From Eledone cirrhosa (taxonomy: Eukaryota), in contig OZ024741.1 in the NCBI GenBank assembly GCA_964016885.1, positions 184,078,001 through 184,142,000 on the forward strand: a stretch of 64,000 nt of DNA. The letters run 5' to 3'. The notes under the pieces are model-generated. The model was not told where the DNA came from. It worked only from the letters and a program-made list of their open reading frames with translations, and ran no database searches. Below are positions 53,020-64,000 of this stretch, piece by piece. Position numbers and translations under genes: made by a program. How positions within the stretch are numbered: position 1 is the stretch's first letter; the number at the start of each line of letters is the position of its first letter.

Positions 53020-53610
53020 ATTTGTCGAACAGCTACTGCCACGTGTGGGACGCATCCAGTTGTCAGCCGAGTCCATAGTAAGAATCTCCCCACCGCCTTC
53101 ATTTAAGAATAGAGAGGCGGTTTTCCTCTGTCATGTGGCTATGGCGAAAGAGGTAATATGGTGAACGAGGTTAAAAGGTCTGAGGGCAAACAACTTCCTC
53201 TCCGGAAAACAACTCATCCCTTCTTTAAATGCCCAATCAGAAGGAAGGTGAGAGTGGAGAGAGAGGTGCTACACCCCAGTAAATTCGCTGAAAGGTGGGT
53301 GAATGTGGCAAAAATGGTCCGTGTGAATGGGCCTTCTTGGTATATAAACCTGTAGGTTGAGGAAGATAAATACAGTGAAGAGGGGAACACCTACAAAATG
53401 TGCTCCTGATGTTGAGGGTTGTTCTACCTACGGGGTGTAAAATAACCACGCAGTAACGTTCCCCTCTATTAGGGATTTCGATTGTTAATTTTTTAATATA
53501 TAGTTTATTGTTATTTATTATTATTAAGGTTTATACGATTTCATGTAAAACCCCCGCCGTTACGTCTTGTAATGTCTCATTTCTTGTACGCCCTTGTGAC
53601 AAATAAAAAT
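53020..53610 (+). mobile_element. Tx1 3'-end fragment (another subfamily)
   Basis: VEQLLPRVGRIQLSAESIVRISPPPSF..AMAKEVIW; RKVRVEREVL..RWVNVAKMVRVNG; ends GCCCTTGTGACAAATAAA. Confidence 0.85.
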
Positions 53611-53668
53611 ATATACCTATTTATCTCTCCATCTCTCCCTCTTTCTCCCCCCCCCCCTCTCTCTCTTG

Positions 53669-53737
<69 letters not shown>

Positions 53738-53742
<5 letters not shown>

Positions 53743-54452
53743 ATAAAGTATGTGTTTCTACGTGTAAAAAATACATATAGGGATACAAGTATTATCCAAC
53801 CGTATGCCAATGTGGTTCTATGGCAGGTTAATAAATTAACGAGCCAGAACATATAAAATCAAGGTTTAGCAAATAGAGAAAAAGTTTTAAAACAAATTTT
53901 AAAAAGTTCGCTGTACTTACTATATGTACCCTTACCGCGCGGTTTCAAATCCCAATATAAATGGATAATCCAGGCGGACCTCCATTGAGAAGGGCATTCT
54001 CGTCAGAAGGTTCTTCTCGCTCGGAGGATATAAAATTCCAGAGTTCAAATCACAAACTGGTGCCTTACAGAACTGTTCCCAGATTAGAGTGAATGGGGAA
54101 GGGACCAATTCTGTCTAGTGCCGTGTGTAAAGACAGAAGGCAAGGGTGGACAGGTAAATGTCCTGCCACATAGCAGCAGTTCAAGCGACCAAAATATTAT
54201 CTCTACCTTAGGGGTGATTAATAATAATAAAGTATGTGTACCTACGTGTAAAAAATACATATAGGGATACAAGTATTATCCAACCGTATGCCAATGTGGT
54301 TCTATGGCAAGTTAATAAATTAACGAGCCAGAACATATTAAATCAAGGTTTATCAAATAGAGAAAATAGAGTCGTTTGAACTGGTGTTATTTCTAGTGGC
54401 AGGACATTGACACGTCCTCCCTTGCCTTCTGTCTTTTCACACGGCACTAGAT
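53738..54452 (-). mobile_element. Non-coding pLTR-like element: direct repeats 53738-53882/54222-54366 and inverted repeats 54113-54169/54396-54451
   Basis: Repeats seen directly. Contains a hammerhead motif and has (TA)n flanks. Confidence 0.6.
53928..54011 (-). ncRNA. Type I hammerhead ribozyme with extended stem II and palindromic stem III ACCGCGCGGT
   Basis: Minus strand reads ACCTT-CTGACGA-GAATgCCC..AATGGA..TCCATT..GGGATTT-GAAAC-cgcgcg-GTA-AGGGT. Confidence 0.7.
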
Positions 54453-54516
54453 ATGTATATATTTTAAATTTGATACTTGTGTATTATATATATATATATA
54501 TATATATATAGAATAA

Positions 54517-54905
54517 ATGGTGGCTGCCAACTCGTTTTCGAGTACGGCCACTACTTTATATCCATGTAGGAGAACCCCTACCGATGCGCTGAACGAGTGT
54601 CACTTTTTAGTCCAGCCAGCGACTTGAAAACTCTGGTACAACAACTACACTTGTGACAATTATTGACACATAGTGCTAGGCCCATGGTACCATGTGACGA
54701 CAAGTGCAGAGAGATCTCCAGATATAAAGCAATGCCTGTGTCGTGAAGATTTTATAGTGAGCAAAGACATTGCACAAAGCCAGTCCCACTCTCTTAACCA
54801 AGATGATATTTACCAAAAAGAAGAACAAGTCAACATCATTGGATACCATCAGGGTTGCAGGTGTTATATCAGAGTTTTCCTTCTCCTAGAATTCTGCCTT
54901 AAGGG
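54517..54905 (-). mobile_element. Bipartite non-autonomous RTE derivative (5'UTR piece fused to the 3' end)
   Basis: 54715-54890 matches the RTE 5'UTR at 9550-9720. 54517-54670 encodes CSCCTRVFKSLAGLKS and ends GCAGCCACCAT, like the RTE end at 6409. Confidence 0.7.
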
Positions 54906-55114
54906 GTCATCTCTCCCGGATATATATATATATATATATATATAACGAAGGAAATGTGGTAAGGAACCAGGTGGACCATAACGCACCAAAGTACTCAATA
55001 CTTAGGGTATTAGAGTGGGTAATAGGAACGAGTAGGAGCCCGACGGCTGAGCTCAAGCCGTTTCGACGGCTAATTCTGGACAAAACGTCAGCCGTCGGGG
55101 TCCTACTCGTTCCT

Positions 55115-58610
<3,496 letters not shown>

Positions 58611-58763
58611 CATTAGTTAACGTTCCAATTTTCTGTTAACACATTTGACCATACACACACCCATTATATATGCCTTTGTTAAAATATAGGTTCTTTGAAA
58701 TAACATTTTTCGCAGCGTTTTCTTGCCTGACTTACGCTGATTTTCTTCTTTCTTTCTTTCTTC

Positions 58764-58802
<39 letters not shown>

Positions 58803-58995
58803 TATTCTCTTGTTTTCTTCTCTGACGGGGAGGTGGTAGTACATTATAAGCCTTCGCCCCTTCACCAGATGGTCATTAGTAGACTAAATAGCCATCACTT
58901 GAGGGCGACTGACCGAGGTGAAAACAGCGAGTTGGTCAGTCGTCCTCTCTGTCTCTTATTTTCGGCCTCATATATATTCCTTTGTTATATTTCGA

Positions 58996-59053
58996 ATACC
59001 TGATGATGTCACCGGATTCATACGGAACCCGGTCATTGAAATGATCATAGTAT
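58996..59053 (+). ncRNA. Type I hammerhead ribozyme with palindromic stem III ATGATCAT
   Basis: ATAC-CTGATGA-tgtcACCGG..CCGGTcatt-GAAAT-gatc-ATA-GTAT. A strong hairpin GAGGGCGACTGACC/GGTCAGTCGTCCTC lies upstream at 58901-58947. Confidence 0.72.
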
Positions 59054-59252
59054 AATAAAGTTTTCAAGGATTTACACCAGTCCAGCCTCCTGTTATTTTA
59101 TTCATAATAATTAACTCCGTATTCGCACCACCAACTACACAAACGAAGACGGGTGAACTGCACTACGTTGAGTACTTTCCATAATATTACATCAAGATTG
59201 ACCATACGGAATGACCAATTCCATCCGGTGGTGAACCAACAAACCTAAATAA

Positions 59253-59327
<75 letters not shown>

Positions 59328-59367
59328 TTCAAAATATTAACAAAATAGATATTCTTGTGATCAATTA

Positions 59368-59434
59368 TATTTTATTATACATATTTCAGAGGTACTGAAT
59401 TAAGTTCAACAGTACGTCCTCATCAGATAAAATA
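59368..59434 (-). ncRNA. Type I hammerhead ribozyme (inverted pLTR copy)
   Basis: Reverse complement of 62551-62617. Confidence 0.78.
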
Positions 59435-59857
59435 AAATGATACATGACATACCCTGACATGGTAGCTGGTTAAGATTTAATCAAGGTAGTGTTTAACTTA
59501 TGACAAAACTCAATATTTATACCCTAATATTGAGAACATGAGAAAACGTAATACAAACAATAGAGAGAGTGTGAGTAATACATTTTAAGAAATACATGGC
59601 ATCAACGTACCATTGAACTTAATTCAGTACCTCTGAGATATGTATAATAAAATATAATTGATCACAAGAATATCTATTTTGTTAATATTTTGAATTAATA
59701 TTAATAACTCTGGAAAATATTTTCCCTAGAGTGCTTCCAATCTATTGTAAAACTCATTCTTTGATGTATTCATTGAACCTTGTTTAACTCTTAAATATAT
59801 ATAGCTCCCAGCAGGTTGAGCGCTTTTCTATACAATAGATTGTATATTTAATAAATT

Positions 59858-62101
59858 ATGGAATTCTTAACCTTCCCGACATCCCTGAACGATATACCAA
59901 TACCATCTAGTGAGGAATTCAGGAGGTTAATTATCGAACAAACAAACTCTTTTATAAGAAGAATGAGATGGCGAGAATTTCATTTCGAAAATATAGATGC
60001 TAAAAGAAAAACCAACAGCAATCCTTTCGAAACTTTATTTAAATCAAGAAAGAATCCTCCATACAACAAACTCCTGGAGGATTTTTAAACTGAAATGCTC
60101 AATATACTTAAGAAAATTAAATTTAGGAAAAACCCATATATAGGTCACCAATACCTTAGAACTTTAATAGAAAAAATCACGGAAATAAAAAAGTTAATAA
60201 AATACTGGTAAAATCGGACAAAACAAACAATTTATATAGGATAAATAAAGAAGAATATAATAACTTGATTTTAAAGGAACTTAGGAAACATTATAAAAAA
60301 GCCCCGGCTGAAGATCATACAGACATCAATAATGATGCATATAAATTAATTGCCAAATTAGGAATTGAAGGAAGAACAGAGCCTCTTATATCTAGACAGC
60401 CGCGGATCAATTTTAAAGATCACAAAAGAAGCTTCGAGGAAGACCTGCCAGTTAGACTGATTGCTCCATCCAAATCGGATATTGGAGTAATCAGTAAAAA
60501 TATTATTGATAGAATTCTACCTACTCTGAAATTGAGGTCTAAATTGAGCTTGTGGAAGGATACAAATGAAGTCATTGAATGGTATAAGAGTATAGATGAT
60601 AAGAAAAACCGTAAATTCATCAAGATGGACATAACAAGCTATTACTCTTCCATTACGCCCAATCTACCAAATAAGGCTTTATCATACGCTTACAAACATA
60701 CTAATCTAACTATGGATGAAATTGATATCATATTAACTGCTAGAAGAACTCTTAACTTCAACAATGAGTATTGGAGCCGCTCAGATAGAAATAGAAACTT
60801 CGACATTACCATGGGATCACCTGATTCAGCGCAAATCACAGATCTTCTGGGGATTTTCATCTTAAATATGATAAATGGAAAACTGCCGGAGATTACCCGT
60901 GGTTTATATAGGGACGATATTTTATTTACGGCTGTTAAACACAACAATATAGAACTAAATAGAGTAAAGAAAAATATAATTGAATTCTTTAAAATTTACG
61001 GCCTTAAACTAAAAGTAGAAAGTGGTACCAAAATAGTTAATTTCCTTGATGTTACCTTGAAACTAAACTCTGGTTTTTATTACCCTTTCCATTAGCCCAA
61101 TGAAAACTTAAATTACGTGTTATTACTCTAATCACCCTAGGTCAGTGAAAAAAGCAATTGTAAATAGCGTACAAAAACGCATAAATAGAATATCTGCCAA
61201 TAAATCAATATTTGATGAAAATGCAGGATATTACAATGATGCGCTAAAAAGGGCAGGTTATAAAAATAATATAGAATATATAGACAATAATAATCCAAGT
61301 TAAAAAAATGATAAACATAATGGCATATATAAACGAAATTCTATAAATTCTAATAATTATAATTCAAACACCTGGACTGTGAATAAATCGGGGAAAAGAA
61401 CCAGGACTAAATCAGTTATATGGTTCCCCCCTGCTACTGTAGCACTAAGAACACCAATAGCTAATCTATTTTTCGAAGCTTTGGATAGTTCATTCCCTTG
61501 TCAACATAAATACCAATCCATTTTTAATAGACATACAATTAAATTATCTTATTCTACAACTATGAATATGGCCCAAAACATCGCTGAAGTAAACAGTATA
61601 ATTCTAAATCAAAATCAACATAATGATATTAATAATAGGTTTAATATAAATAATAATAAATCAAAATGTAATTGTAGAAATAAACCAGATTGCCCTCTGC
61701 AAAATAATTGTTTGGATAGAAATTTGGTGTATAAATGCACCGTAAAAACAAATAACAACACATACAACTACATAGGAGCAACTTCTTCAACATTTAAATT
61801 GAGATTTGCGAATCACAAATGCTCATTCTCGAATTCTAATAGGAAGTCTTCGACTTCTTTATCACAGCTTATATGGTCATTAAAAGACAAACATTTAAAA
61901 TACTCGATCTTTTGGACGAAGCTTTGTAATAGTGGAATTTATATCAACTCTTCAATATCAATTAACTACCGCCTCTGTACAAAGGAGACCCTATTAATAA
62001 TTAATAATTATGAAAACTTAATTAACAAAAAAAGTGAATTATTCTCAAACTGCCTTCATAAAGCTTCGTCTACATTCCAAGCCTTCGCAAATGCCTATTA
62101 A
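59858..62101 (+). pseudogene. PLE polyprotein (RT + GIY-YIG) with several stops and frameshifts
   Basis: SLNDIPIP..FIRRMRWR; KMDITSYY; FDITMGS; GLYRDD; VNFLDVTL; CNCRNKPDC; LVYKC..YIGAT..FKLRF. Confidence 0.88.
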
Positions 62102-62550
62102 CTTTTAAAACCTAAAATTTGATTCTTTACCTTGAAATAACATGAATTAAATATTTTGAAAATTAAACGCCAACTATACTATATAAGAATCTGTGTGTGT
62201 AGAAATTTGAACATAAATTACTCCCCTTTTGTCTCTCTCTCTCTTTAATCATCTTTCATCTGTCTTCTCAAGCTAAATACTAAATAAGTTATCACATCAG
62301 CTGTTTCTTCCTCTATACTTTCCTTTCCATCCTCTTTCTCTAGTAGTTTTTAAAAATTAAAAATTCTATAGCTGTTATATTGATGCCATGTATTTATTAA
62401 AATATATTACTCACACTCTCTCTATTGTTTGTATTACGTTTTCTCATGTTCTCAATATTAGGGTATAAATATTGAGTTTTGTCATAAGTTAATCACTACC
62501 TTGATTAAATCTTAACCATCTACCATGTCAGGGTATGTCATGTATCATTT

Positions 62551-62617
62551 TATTTTATCTGATGAGGACGTACTGTTGAACTTAATTCAGTACCTCTGAA
62601 ATATGTATAATAAAATA
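62551..62617 (+). ncRNA. Type I hammerhead ribozyme in the 3' pLTR
   Basis: TATTTTAT-CTGATGA-GGAcGTACTG..CAGTACcTCT-GAAAT-atgt-ATA-ATAAAATA (8-bp stem I). Confidence 0.8.
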
Positions 62618-62754
62618 TAATTGATCACAAGAATATCTATTTTGTTAATATTTTGAATTAATATTAATAACTCTGGAAAGAATTTACTGTAGAGTGCTTC
62701 CAATCTATTGTAAAACTCATTCTTTGATGTATTCATTGAATCTTGTTTAACTCT

Positions 62755-62832
<78 letters not shown>

Positions 62833-62845
62833 CACATGTATATAT

Positions 62846-62975
<130 letters not shown>

Positions 62976-63106
62976 GTGAGGTTTTTTTTACAAATTGAAA
63001 AATAACCGAGGTGTCCTACACGAGTGAAAGTATAAAGAAAAAGAGATGAAATCGAAAATGCAACTGGAGTCTTATTTTTAAAAAAAATTTATATATTTGT
63101 TTGGTT

Positions 63107-63144
63107 CCTTTACTGGTTTCGCAGTTCTTCTGCTTTTCAAAAGG
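63107..63144 (-). ncRNA. Degenerate hammerhead (core TTGAAAA in place of CTGANGA), probably the pLTR of the PLE at the window end
   Basis: CCTT-TTGAAAA-GCAG-aagaa-CTGC-GAAAC-ca-GTA-AAGG. Confidence 0.45.
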
Positions 63145-63183
63145 TGAGTTGAGATGGAGGGTCTATGGTTCTTCTCACATCTC

Positions 63184-63214
<31 letters not shown>

Positions 63215-63268
63215 TACCAAATACACATAAGAATATACATTAAAAAAATATATATGTGTGTGTGTGTG

Positions 63269-63315
<47 letters not shown>

Positions 63316-63696
63316 CATATGATTAAATAAACGTATATAAATAAATAAATACGTATATAAGGCGCCACACACATACCTACATGTAAATACACATATGTTC
63401 GGAGACTACGTCAACCAAAACACAAAGTACACATATACACACACCCTACATACGTACGAACCCACATACCCACACAGACACAAAACTCGCGTATACACAT
63501 AACCAAATACATATGTACCAGCATATATAATATATACGCCATAACATATACAATCAAATATACGTACGAGAAAGTATACGTACCTTCACAAAACATACAT
63601 GTAATATATACTTACCTATACAAATAAGTAATGGTATAAACATAACATATACTTAGCTACCACATCAAGACGTAAAATATCCGCGTATAGTTCGTA

Positions 63697-64000
63697 CTAT
63701 CCGTTAGGGTGTAATGTGGAACTGTAATAGAGGAAAGTTTTGTGCAATTTATGTTTGCAAGCCGAAATTGCTTCAGATTTTTTGTTTAAGATGTGGTCTT
63801 TGGCGTTGAATATTTCCAGGGCCTCAGCGGCGCAGAGGTCACACGGTCTTTTATTTCCGTTATACGATCTAACCCAAGCTAGGATCTTCCAGTGTAACTT
63901 ATATTGGGTGTGGTTGTCTTTTAGACTCCAGATATAAGCTGAAAATGACGTCATATTCCTTCTTAAAGGGTAACGAAAAGAATGGTTATGTATGTAAAGA
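63697..64000 (-). mobile_element. C-terminus of a third Naiad-type PLE ORF (GIY-YIG end); continues beyond the window
   Basis: HNHSFRY..TSFSAYIWSLKD..LHWKIL..YNGNKRPCDLCAAEALEI..LNKKSE..CKHK. Confidence 0.8.

Larger units (their letters stand above)
59321..62760 (+). mobile_element. Second Naiad-type Penelope-like element with 3' pLTR and a 5' inverted + direct partial pLTR
   Basis: 59321-59605 is the reverse complement of 62380-62664, and 59613-59800 is a direct repeat of 62576-62762. (TA)n flanks. Confidence 0.9.

Overview
Eukaryotic, AT-rich, microsatellite-dense DNA made almost entirely of transposable elements. It is most consistent with an octopus/cephalopod genome; this is an inference from the SINE and RTE types. 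No host gene can be supported. Contents: (1) Six large L1/Tx1-clade non-LTR retrotransposon copies from at least three families, plus two 3' remnants. They form head-to-tail arrays joined by (ATT)n, all on the minus strand at 1-22.9 kb and all on the plus strand at 38-47.6 kb. (2) RTE-clade LINEs with C-terminal C2H2 fingers, and a bipartite mini-RTE. (3) Two near-complete Naiad-type Penelope-like elements (RT + GIY-YIG) with inverted/direct pLTRs, several PLE remnants, and about 12 type-I hammerhead ribozyme motifs, three of them with an unusually long stem II. (4) An R4/Dong-type fragment, about nine tRNA-derived SINE copies (several with TSDs), mariner/hAT-like MITEs, two near-perfect palindromes and long (TA)n tracts. 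Most notable candidate system: all three Tx1 families keep an AG|GTAAGT splice donor at the ORF1 stop. One element is an ORF1/ORF2 chimera whose junction falls at that donor position, suggesting ORF1 modules are swapped by splicing of read-through transcripts from ATT-targeted tandem arrays. The local SINE appears to share the Tx1 3' terminus and the ATT target. All alignments and RNA folds were done by eye.
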